NCBI GenBank assembly: GCA_013239625.1
Contig: MU053911.1
Location: 819,590-883,589, forward strand
Direction of reading: 5' to 3'
Length of the DNA stretch: 64,000 bases
Source: Lama guanicoe
Lineage: Eukaryota
Shown: one piece after another, positions 24,040 through 33,990 of the stretch
Layout of the letters: every line of letters begins with the position of its first letter
Numbering within the stretch: position 1 is the first letter of the stretch
Translations under genes and position numbers: made by a program
The notes under the pieces: generated by a model
The model's database searches: none
What the model saw: only the letters and a program-made list of their open reading frames with translations
What the model was told of the DNA's origin: nothing

Positions 24040-24210
24040 TGCTGTGGCTAACAGCAGGGCCAGGCCTCTCCACCACTGGGAAACCCCTCTCTCTCGGCCG
24101 GTTTCTTCTTCTCTAAAATGGGAATAATAACTTGTCCTCTGGGCTTGTCATGTGACACGATGAATCGATGTCCGTGAAACACAGAGCGCAGCATCCGCAC
24201 ACACTAAGCA
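24040..24210 (+). mobile_element. MIR SINE remnant
   Basis: GGTTTCTTCTTCTCTAAAATGGGAATAATAAC...GTCCGTGAAACACAGAGCGCAG resembles the MIR core and 3' part. Confidence 0.6.
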
Positions 24211-24298
24211 CCAGACCCGGCTCGCAGCACTACAGGCACTTTACTTGCAGTAGCCAGCGTGTGTGAGACGCCCCATGACCTGGGCGCCAGCCCCAGCC

Positions 24299-24325
24299 CA
24301 CACACACACACACACACACACACAC
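24299..24325. repeat. (CA)n microsatellite
   Basis: Uninterrupted CA run. Confidence 0.95.
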
Positions 24326-24339
24326 AGGCACAAGGTGAA

Positions 24340-25540
24340 CACGCAGCGGGTCAGCGGTGCGGCCGGGCACCCACCGGGCAGCCTGGGCGCAGAGCCGGAC
24401 CTGGCCCTACGCTGCGCAGCCCGGGCCTCGGGTCGCGGGCCCTGGGGGCGGGCGCGAAGACCTGGGTTCCCGCTGTGCCTTGTGCACACCAAGCAAGCTT
24501 TCTCTCTTCCTCCTATCTTGGCATCTTCAGAACAGACCCAGTCCACCAGTCCGCATGGCCGCGAAGATCAGATAACTGTGCAAGGGGGTTCAGAACAGTC
24601 TTAAGAGCTCTCGCTCCCAGTGTAGGGAGCGAGGCTCTCCTGCAGGCCCAGCGGCAGCGGGGCAGCCGGAACCAGGGCTGGAGGAGGCTGGGTGGAAGAT
24701 CACTGGCGCAGAGGTGGGGCACCAGCGCGGGGAGGCGATTCCCTGGGAGCTCGGCTGACCCCACACCACAGCCCTACTGTGGTCCCGCCCTGCGGTCCTC
24801 CCCAAAACCGGGGAACCTGCCCTGTTGCGGGCACTGCCTGGGGCTGCCCTTCACTCCCTCAAGAGCCCCTCGCAGGCCAGGCACCCACGGGTGGGCCCGG
24901 AACTGTGCAAGGGAGGATAAGAGGCGGCCCGGCAGGGTCCGCAGCCCCGCGGCCTTGGCCACACCTCGGGCTGGACTGGCCGTGCTGAGCCTCCCGCTTG
25001 AAGCAGAGCGATGCCAAGGTCCGAGGCACGTGGGCCGGCGAGCTCAGCCCCAGCCCGGGTCCGGGGAGCACGCAGCACACAGGCCCTTGGAGAAACTCCC
25101 CGGCTCCTGGTTACCTGAGGCACTCAGCGTGCGCACTTTCAAAGTCCCAGAGGCAAGTGACCCAGTCCGCTGTGCTGGTGACGCCAAGGGCCCGCAAACG
25201 CGTTTTCAAATGACCGCTTTCTTGGATGCTAGCAAGTCTGCTTTCACACCTAATCAGAATGATCTCTTTTAAAAACTGTTACTTTTTTAAATCCTGTTTC
25301 AGTTAACAGAAGGCTCCATCGCACAAGGGGCAGTGGTGAGAAGGCAGCACCCGGCGGCGGGCAGGCCCGTCCTCCACCTGCGGCCACGCGGGGAACCAGC
25401 TAAGGTGCGGGCCCAGAGGGTGCACGATGGCCCTGGGGGGTGCACCGCAGCCCGCAGCTGCCCGGGGCCCTACCCACCGTCAAGCTGCTCGCCGGCCACC
25501 CCTCGCCCCTACGTCTCTAAACGCCGTTTCCTGCGCTCAC
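24340..25540. promoter_or_regulatory. CpG-rich segment
   Basis: High GC and CpG density over about 1.2 kb with no recognisable repeat. Confidence 0.4.
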
Positions 25541-26184
25541 AGCCTGATTTCGCTACACTCTGCACCTGTTTTACTGCTGATGCATAATGCCCATTCACAC
25601 CTGTCACGGGAGGCAAAGCTGCAGCTTGTGTTTTCAGACCCCCTACTTCCCACTGGTTTCTCCTACACGCCCCCACCCCCAGGTGGTATCACCATTTAAC
25701 ACGGGTCCAGTAGGCTCGTGTGCCCAGCGCTCCAGCAAATGAAGGGAAACACTGTTCCTGCCAAGCTGACTTGGCATCTAACCAGGGAGGGCAAGAGAAG
25801 GAGCAAACTGGAGGAGGCCTGCCCCCTCGCCCCGAGCTCAGCGCGTGGTGTCGCGGGCGGCGTCTCCCCCAGCAGCCCCCACGCCGCCTGCTGTGGGGTG
25901 AGCTGTCAGGAAGCTCTGTTCCTCAATAAGCTTACTACTCTATTTGGGGCAGACCCTAAAGCAGCATCCTGGTCTGAGCGGTTCACATACCCACCCCGGC
26001 CCGCTAGACGGGTCCCGCTCAGTCCGCCACCCCGCCCCACCCAGGAAGGGGAATGTGCGTCACAGCTCTTGGCTGAGAACAGGCTTCCTGTAGGTCTGGG
26101 TCCCTGCATCCAAAGCGAGGCGTGCTGCCCTCGAATCTCTCCCCTCAGTCGGCAGCACTAGTGCCTTCAGCTGTGCTGACGCTT

Positions 26185-26420
26185 CTCTTTTTTAACAACT
26201 TCATTGCGATCTGGTTCCTGTACAGTGAACGGCACATATTTCAGATGTGCGATTTGATGAATTTTGGTAGATGTACACACCCCTGAAGCCACCGCCACAA
26301 CAAGACGGCTAACATTTCCATCACTCCCCAAGAGGTTCAAGTTTCAAATTCCCTATTTATCCCTTCCCACCCCCTTTACCTGCTGGTAACCATAAGTTTG
26401 TTCTCTACGTCTGTGAGCCT
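26185..26420 (-). mobile_element. LINE-1 3'-end fragments
   Basis: TTTTTAACAACTTCATTGCGATCTGGTTCCTGTACAGTGAACGGCACATATTT...; CTGGTAACCATAAGTTTGTTCTCTACGTCTGTGAG. Confidence 0.7.
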
Positions 26421-27179
26421 GTATTGATCATAGTCATGAAATAAACCTTAAGACTCAGCCGAGGGGGTGGGGGTGGGGGTAAGAAGAGTGTGAATCAGGC
26501 CGGACCTCACAAACAGATCGCTGAGGAAGAGAGCCAGGCCCTGGGAGAACTGGCAGGCCCTCCCCACCCTTAGCCGCAGGGAAGAGGGCGGGCTAAAGCA
26601 TCTCCCAGTGGGGGGGGGGGGGAACCAGGCACCGCTGTCTGAGGATGAGCCCCAGGACAGACCTTCCTGGAGCTGAGATGGAATTCTGGCCTTGACCCGG
26701 GAGGTTACTCCTCCCTGGCCACTGAGTCAGGAGTTGAAAGTTGTCCCACATCAGGACACATGGTGTTTCTTACTCTCAAGGGCAAACTTCTCAGCAGAAC
26801 GTGAGGCCAGAGGCAAACTGGGCCCGGGTTTCTGCAAGACGTAAGCTGACCAGCTTGGTTTCCCAGCCTAAGGTCAGTGATCTCAACTAACCAGTTCCGG
26901 CCCGCTTGTGCTGCTGCTTCCAGGCCCTGACAGAGTCCCCTTCCCTTGACAGCCTCTCCGCTGAGCACTTCTCCCACTGAGGCTGCAAATGGCTCATGCC
27001 AGTCCCTGCAGGAAGCGGCAGCTGCTTCCTGAGAGCAAAGCTGCCCCAGCTGACCCCGGAGCCCCCTTTTGTGCCAACTGCTGGATGTTCAAGCCTGAGT
27101 CTGCTTGGAGGCTCTGATCTACTCCGTCCAGAATCGGCACTCCACAGTTAGCTGTTGAGAAGGGGCGGGTTTGCGTGCA

Positions 27180-27375
27180 GTCGTGGAGTTTGTAAATGCT
27201 TACAGCAACCTACGAGGGACAAACTGTTGTCCTTAGCTCCACTTCAGAGTTTAAAAAAAAATGAGGCTTCAAAAAAAAAAAATGAGGCTTGGAAAGTCTA
27301 AGAAATTTCTCCCCAATTCATCCAGTTAGCAAGTGGTAGGGACAAGACTGAACCCAAGGCTGCCTGGTTCTCATA
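27180..27375 (-). mobile_element. MIR SINE remnant carrying a micro-insertion
   Basis: AATGAGGCTTGGAAAGTCTAAGAAATTTCTCCCCAATTCATCCAGTTAGCAAGTGGTAGGGACAAGACTGAACCCAAGG, antisense MIR core. Confidence 0.6.
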
Positions 27376-27394
27376 TCCAGCTCAACCTCCCTTT

Positions 27395-27554
27395 GGGGGA
27401 GGGCGTATCTCAGCGGTGGAGCACGTGCTTAGCAGCCACGAGGTCCTAATTTCAATCCCCAGTACCGCCACTTAAATAAATAAATAAATAAATAAATAAA
27501 CAAACAAACAAACAAACCTAATTTCCCCCCAACAAAGAAAATAAATAAAAGTTT
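27395..27554 (+). mobile_element. vic-1-like SINE
   Basis: GGGGGAGGGCGTATCTCAGCGGTGGAGCACGTGCTTAGCAGCCACGAGGTCC...; (TAAA)n(CAAA)n body and A-rich tail. Confidence 0.88.
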
Positions 27555-27571
27555 TAAAAAGACACAAACTC

Positions 27572-27606
27572 ATCACTTCTTGGCCTTTTGGCTAAGATCA
27601 AATGTA
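27572..27606 (+). pseudogene. RNU2 pseudogene: 3'-truncated (tailless) U2 snRNA retropseudogene, nt 1-35
   Basis: ATCACTTCTTGGCCTTTTGGCTAAGATCAAATGTA vs U2 5' end ATCGCTTCTCGGCCTTTTGGCTAAGATCAAGTGTA: 32/35 identical; direct repeat TAAAAAGACACAAACTC at 27555-27571 and 27605-27621. Confidence 0.93.
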
Positions 27607-28084
27607 AAAAGACACAAACTCAAGGTCCTTTTAGAGCCACAGGGGTGCAGGATCTGGAGCCCTGTTCCAGAGTGGAAATCAGTCCTTTTCACAGGAAAAA
27701 TCAGAATAATTCATAGATTCTTGTCACATATATTTTGTATTTACTGACACATTGTTTGGTCTGTTCTTAAGTCATTTCAGGTCTGCCTGCCTCATCTCTT
27801 CATTAGACTCTACGATTCTCCAGGGTAAGCACCATGTTTCCTTTTAAATGATGCTCTTCCTCACTCTGCTCCACTACGATAATCTCTAACCTGATGAGAA
27901 AATGTTCCCCGTCTGCCTAACCTGGCAGGATATAGCTTGGAATCCACTCCCTGGAATTCTGCTCTCTGTTTCCCTCCACCCCATAACATTCCTGTTGCAC
28001 CAGCTGAAGCTTCAAAATGGGATTGCATCACTCCCCAAAGTCTGGTCCCAAGGATGGTATTCACTTACCACCAAGATGGCTATC

Positions 28085-28350
28085 TCTGTCCATCTGGGCG
28101 GCTGTAGCAGCATGCTGCAGTCTGAGCAGCTTACAAGCAACAGAAACTCACTTCTCACGGTTCTGGAGCCTGGAAGCCCACGGCCAGGGCACCAGCAGAG
28201 TAGGGTAAAGCCCTCTTTGGGGTTGCAGACATTTCACTATATCCTCTCACGGCAGAAGGGGCTACAGAGCTTGCCGGGGACTCTTGTATCACGACACTAA
28301 TGCCTTTCCCCATGTTCTGCCCTCGTGACCCCCTCCCAGAGGTCCCATGT
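28085..28350 (-). mobile_element. MLT1A-type MaLR LTR, partial
   Basis: AACAGAAACTCACTTCTCACGGTTCTGGAGCCTGGAAGCCCACGG..., antisense counterpart of the LTR at 2441-2778. Confidence 0.7.
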
Positions 28351-28357
28351 CTTTGTT

Positions 28358-28960
28358 CAAATTGTACAACCTAGGAGAAATGGATAAATCCTAGGAACAT
28401 GCAACCTATAAACGCCGAGTCACAGAGACAGAGAAAATCCGAACAGACCCATTACCAGAAAGAGACCGAATCAGTCATCAAAATCCTCCCAAGAAACGAA
28501 AGTTTAGGACCAGATGGCTTCACTGCCAAACATTTAAACAATTAATACCAATCTTTCTCAAACGCTGCCAACAAATAGGAGGGGACACTCACAAACTCCT
28601 TTTACAAGGCCAACATCACCAAAATCAGAGAAGGGCGCTTCAAGAAAGAAAATTACAGGCCAAGATCCCTGATGAACATATAAGCAAAAATCCTCAGCAA
28701 AGTATTAGCAAGCCGAATTCAGCACGACACTGAAAGACTCCCACACCATGATCGAGTGGGATTACCCCCGGGGTGCAAGGATGGCTCACCGTCTGCAGAT
28801 TAAGCGAGCTGACGCACCAGTCACCAGACTGAAGGGTGAAACCGCGTGAGCACCCCACGGACACAGAAAAAACATGTGACAAAAGTCAACACCCATTTAT
28901 GGTAAGTAACTCTCAACAAAGTGGCTCATAGGGAACGCACCTCAACGTACGAAGACCTAC
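28358..28960 (+). mobile_element. LINE-1 ORF2 internal fragment (start of RT region)
   Basis: ACAACCTAGGAGAAATGGATAAAT, GGACCAGATGGCTTCACTG (GPDGFT), AAAGAAAATTACAGGCCAAGATCCCTGATGAACATA (ENYRP-SLMNI). Confidence 0.88.
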
Positions 28961-29536
28961 ACGCTTTAAATGGACAATGCAATAATTTTTTTCTTCACCT
29001 GAGTGTAAAGTCACCGGGTATAATTCACATTCCCTTTGAAACAGAGACGTTAACAATGACACATATTTAAGGAGTAAAATCTTCCCCACAACAAAGTCAA
29101 ATTCTGCTTGTGGGTAACTCAAAAGTCTTATGAATGTGATTACATGTAGGAATTGTCTGAATGTGCTGCCCTTGGTCCATTTCTCTGCCTTGTCAGGTAC
29201 CTAGGATCCTACAATGATGAAATCCTCAGATTAGGGGGTGACAGTGTTTCTCAAAGGGCCAACAGCTCGTCATGTACTGAAAATGGGAAGAAAAGTTCCC
29301 TGACCTCCTGCACATCCCTGCTATGTCCTCCTCAGAGCCCCTCTCCAGCCTCAGTGTGGCTCTGGGCAGCGGGGTGGGGGGTCGGGAGGAAAACTCGTCC
29401 CCACAATGTTCTGTGCCTCCGGGGTTTCCTCTTACCTCCTCTGTTTCTGAAGCAGAGTCCGGTTAACAAGTCAGATCGGGGTTTGAACTTTTGGTATAAG
29501 ATCTGACAGTAATTTTCATTTCTAAAAACAAGCAAA

Positions 29537-30350
29537 CCAATCAGAACGGCCACCATTTGCAAGCCCACAAATGACAAACGGGGCGGGGGTGTGGGGAAGA
29601 GGGAGCCTCCTGCACTGCTGGTGGGGGTGCAGTTCGGTGCAGCCGTTATGGAAGGCATGTGGAGCTTCCTCAGAAAAACTAAAAGTAGACTTACCTTCTG
29701 ACCCAGCAATCCCACTCCAGGGCATATATCCAGAGGGAACCTTAATTCAAAAAGATGCATGCACCCCAATGCTCACAGCAGCACTGTTCACAATAGCCAA
29801 GACATGGAAATAACCTAAGTGTCCATCGACAGATGACTGGGATAAAGAAGCTGTGGTATATTTATACAGTGGAATACTACTCAGCCGTAAGAAGGAAAAA
29901 AAAACACCATTTGCAGCAGCATGGGTGGACCTGGAGATTGTCATTCTAAGTGAAGTAAGTTAGACAGAGAAAGAAAAATACCATGTGGTGTCACTCCTGT
30001 GTGGAATCTAAAAAAAAGAAAAAAGAAGACACTAATGAACTCATCTACAAAACAGAAACAGACTTACAGACATAGTAAATAATCTTATGGTTACTAGGGG
30101 AAAGGGGGTGGGAAGGAATAAACTTAGGAGTTTGAGATTTGCAAATGTTAAACCACTATATATAAAAACAGATTAAAAAATTTTTCTTCTGTATAGCACA
30201 GGGAACTGTGTTCAATATCTTGTAATAACCTTTAATGAAAAAGAACATGAAAACAAATGTATGATTTTAAATGCATGACTGGGACACTGTGCTGTACACC
30301 AGAAACTGACACATGGTAACTGCACTTCAGTTTAAAAATAAAGAAAGAAA
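29537..30350 (+). mobile_element. 5'-truncated LINE-1 3' end with 14-bp TSD
   Basis: ORF2p C-terminal motif LLHCWWGCSSVQPLWK...DPAIPLQGIYP...CTPMLTAALFTIAKTWK, 3' UTR and A tail; TAAAAACAAGCAAA at 29523-29536 and 30351-30364. Confidence 0.95.
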
Positions 30351-33300
30351 TAAAAACAAGCAAAAGGAGGATAATATTTTGACCACAAACTTGGAGGTTT
30401 GCTTTCCTTCCTTGGACTATAATTAACAATAATAATTACGCTTCTTGGTTGTGGCTGCAGTGGCTCCTTACGTCCATCATCAGAAGCCCTCGTTAAGCCC
30501 TAATGGGGCCAGGTGCTTCAATTAGCGATGGCACCATTCCATTTAGACTTGCAGAACGTCACAGTTCTCAACATGGCAGGATGCGTGCGTCTGAGAAGGA
30601 TTTAACTTCCCTGGTTTGAAAGTGTGTTCCATCCCAAGGGATCTGTTTTGTGTGAATCTCCAGATAGCAAGACATAAGATGAGAGGGAGAAGGCGGGGGC
30701 GTGCATCCGCCCGCTCCCAGCAGACTCTGGTGCCGCGTGCTGAAATACAGAGACACACGTATCTCTGCTGCCCTGAAGTAAGTCCTGTAATGAAGGCAGC
30801 TCCCCCCAAGAGAAGCACGTTTAATTAGCATGGATTTATGTATGGCTTGGCTCACCAGGATAGCCTCGAGAGATGAATGTCTTGTCACGGGAAAGCCCAA
30901 GAGCTGTAGCCGCCAATCTTCCTCCCGCAGACTCGGCACAGGGCGGACAGCAGGTGAGGGCGTCCGCATCCTGCTTCCATACAGACGCGGACCCGGAGCC
31001 CCTGGCTTCTGCTCATTTTCAGGAGTGGCCCCCGAGAGCCCCGGCGTCCCTCCTTCCACCCTGTCAGGCAAACCTGCTCCTGAGGTGAAGCTGACACTCG
31101 GAGAGCCTCCCCCAGCCCCTCAGCCACTGTAATTAGCAAGAAGGAGGGACCTGCTTCTGCCCAAATGCAAACCATGTCAGCTTCCTAAATACAAAGCCCA
31201 CAGATCCTTCACATGCAAACATTTCATTCCTTGACCTGTAGCCAAAAAGTCACTCTGATCGTGCCTCAGTTACGTCCTTTTTTCTCGCTAATTTCTTCTA
31301 GAAAACAGTAGTTTTCTTTAAAATAAGGTTTTTGCATTTCCGATTATTGCCCACAAAGAAAAATGTAGTGATTTTAAAGGAATGATGTTCTATAGAGTTT
31401 CCGTTTTTGAAATTAAAACAAATGGTGGGTAAACGCATCATTAAAATATTAAATAATGGAATTAAGTTATGGCATGTCAAAACAGCTTGTTAACCTTACA
31501 GCTGACAAAAACCGTAGGAATTTTTACAACAGCTCTTTGTGGAAGGCAGGGGACATAATTATCACTCACACCCCACCCGCAAATGATATTTTCTTTCCTC
31601 TGTTGGAGACTGCGGTTCTAAATTGTAAGAATTTTAAGTCGAATTGTAGATTGTGTTAAAATAAAATGTGATTTAAAAAAAAACGCCAGCGATACCTGCA
31701 TCTGTCATCCCAGCTGCTCTGGTCATTCCTACTGGCTGATTAGCAAGGTGTTTAGTTGTGACCCGCCCCATTTAAGTGACCACGTGGCCGTGGGAGAAGT
31801 GCTTGGGGTCTGGGGTCGCCCCTCTTGTCCAGCATGTGTAACCCATAGTAACCCTTTGATAACCGACCGGTCTAACTGGAACAGTGCACGCAGAGGAAAG
31901 TTCAGCAGAGTGATCGCTGACTCTGACGGTGCACATCCAGCCGGCTCTGCCGGCAAGTGCTGGCAACGCTGGTGAAATTGTAGAAAATCGCTTTTTCAGG
32001 AGACTTAACAAATAAACAGAGAGAAAATTTCCAGGGTTTAGCAAAAGGACACAGGCAAAGACCGCAGGCTGAAATCATGAACGGGCAGCACCAGAGGACG
32101 AGGGAGCCGGCAGCCAACACCCGGCCAGGGTTCATTACTCGTCCTGAGCAGCTGTTAGGAAAGTTAATTTTTAAACGCTTTGAGGTGATTAAGAACCGGG
32201 CAACACTCTAAATGTAAATAAGTCCCATTTCACTTCCTCGAGCCCGCCTCTGACTGGGGCGGTCACCAGCTCCGTAGCCTGCTGGTCACTCTAAGACCCA
32301 GTCTCGTTCGTAATTAACCCTGCCTCCTCAGGAAGCCACCACTTAGCACACTCGCTTATAAACAGAAGCACAGGAGGCCTCACTCTCCACGCCTTGCTGG
32401 AGAAAAGCTGGGTTATCACAGAAAGCCACGATAAGGCCTGAAGCCTTCTTGTGTCGGTGGCAGAGTGCTGACCAGGTATTTAGTGGACGGTGGTGTCATT
32501 TCCTTCCACCAGCAAATCTGAAGTCACTTGAGAGACGTCTGAGCAAGTGAGTTTTGGTCTTTTTTCTACATAACGAGATTTCTGTCCCTCCAACTACGGC
32601 TTCTGAGAGGAGCCCCATGGGTTATGCATTTCCCAGTCACCTTCTCTCTCTCCCTGCATATCCACTGTTCAAGTCCCCTGTCTTATCATAACCAGCCAGG
32701 TCGCCCCAAAACTGAACTTCCATCACGACTGCTGGGCACCGCCTGCCCCACAGGCCTGGATGGCCAGCTCATATCGTTTGCAATTCACTGAGAGTCAGTG
32801 CGCTGCTGTAAGATTGTGTAACTGCTTTACCCCGGAGACCCTCATAAAAATGAGTGGGCTGACTCATAAAACTGTCCCCCTGTGCAGAACTGTCAACAGC
32901 TCCCTTAGAGGCAGGACGCATCCAAGGCCACAAAAAGTGGGCGCCCTCGGTGCCAGAGAACAGAGCCAGCACCGCTCGAGGGCGTGTCCCTCCTCGCCCC
33001 AGCGGCCGCGTTTGGCCTGAGAACTGCAGTGCCAGTTCTTTTCTCCATGTTTCGCAAGTCGGCAGCGTGTCCTCACTCAGACTTGCCTTCTGTTTCCTCT
33101 TCACCACTGTTTGCAGACACAGGAAAGGGCCAGAAGGCTCACATGAGGACAAGGCCCCTGCTGGAGCTCGGTCCTGTTGACCAGCCGTGTGACGTGCTGT
33201 CAGCATCACTGTGTTTACACGAGGGATTAAATAAATAGTCTCTGGGCAGCTGCTGGTTTTACTCCCCGCTTTTCAGACTCAGAATGATGTTCCAGAAGAG

Positions 33301-33829
33301 CGAGACTCTGACCCAGTATATTGAGCAGAAGCAGCTTGGAGGTGATTCCATTGCCTAGAATGTCTGTAATCCCTCCACGAGCAGCACACAGGGATGTACT
33401 GAGACACAGTAAATCTCTTCCTTAGCCAGCCACCAAGAACAACCAGCACCTCAACCCAAAATAGCCCCCTTCCACCACCCTCAGGGAAGAGCAGAACCCG
33501 AGGCACCATCACAGACGCAGATCCAGCAGAGGAGAGCGGCAAGGCTGGGATCTCCTGGCTCAGACAGCGGGCCCTTCCACTGATGGGTACAGTGTGCGAG
33601 ACTTGCAGATTAATTGCAAACACACATTTCACCTTTCCTAAAGCAACAGGACCACGGAGGGGGCAGTGCAGAGGGGGCCCCTGGGGGGTGGAGCCTAGAG
33701 CTGTGATTCTCAAAGCTGGGGCCCATTAATGCCTTCTGGGAACGCATCAGAAATGCAGATCCTCAGATTTATGGGTCTGAGAACAGCTCATCTGACATCG
33801 AGGTGCTGTATGCCAACCCGGGCTCTGCT

Positions 33830-33990
33830 GACCATGGAGCAGTCACTTACATTCCTTAACTCCAACATCCATCCGGAAAACAGGCAGGGATAAGCCGTCG
33901 GGACTGCTCAGTGAAGGGGTTCGGCCTATTAAACACTTAGTAGAAGCCCCACAGTAAAAAATATTAAATCTTAGCTGTCATTGTTTTCAT
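33830..33990 (+). mobile_element. MIR SINE remnant
   Basis: GCAGTCACTTACATTCCTTAACTCC...TAAACACTTAGTAGAAGCCCCACAGTAAAAAATATTAAATCTTAGCTG. Confidence 0.45.

Noticed and set aside
24259..25272. Longest ORF (337 aa, +)
   Set aside because: GTG start, runs through a (CA)n microsatellite, low-complexity R/G/P/A composition expected of GC-rich DNA, overlapping ORFs in many frames, no recognisable domain
33650..33672. CTCF-like motif CCACGGAGGGGGCAGTG
   Set aside because: Spacing does not fit the core consensus; such partial matches are common in GC-rich DNA
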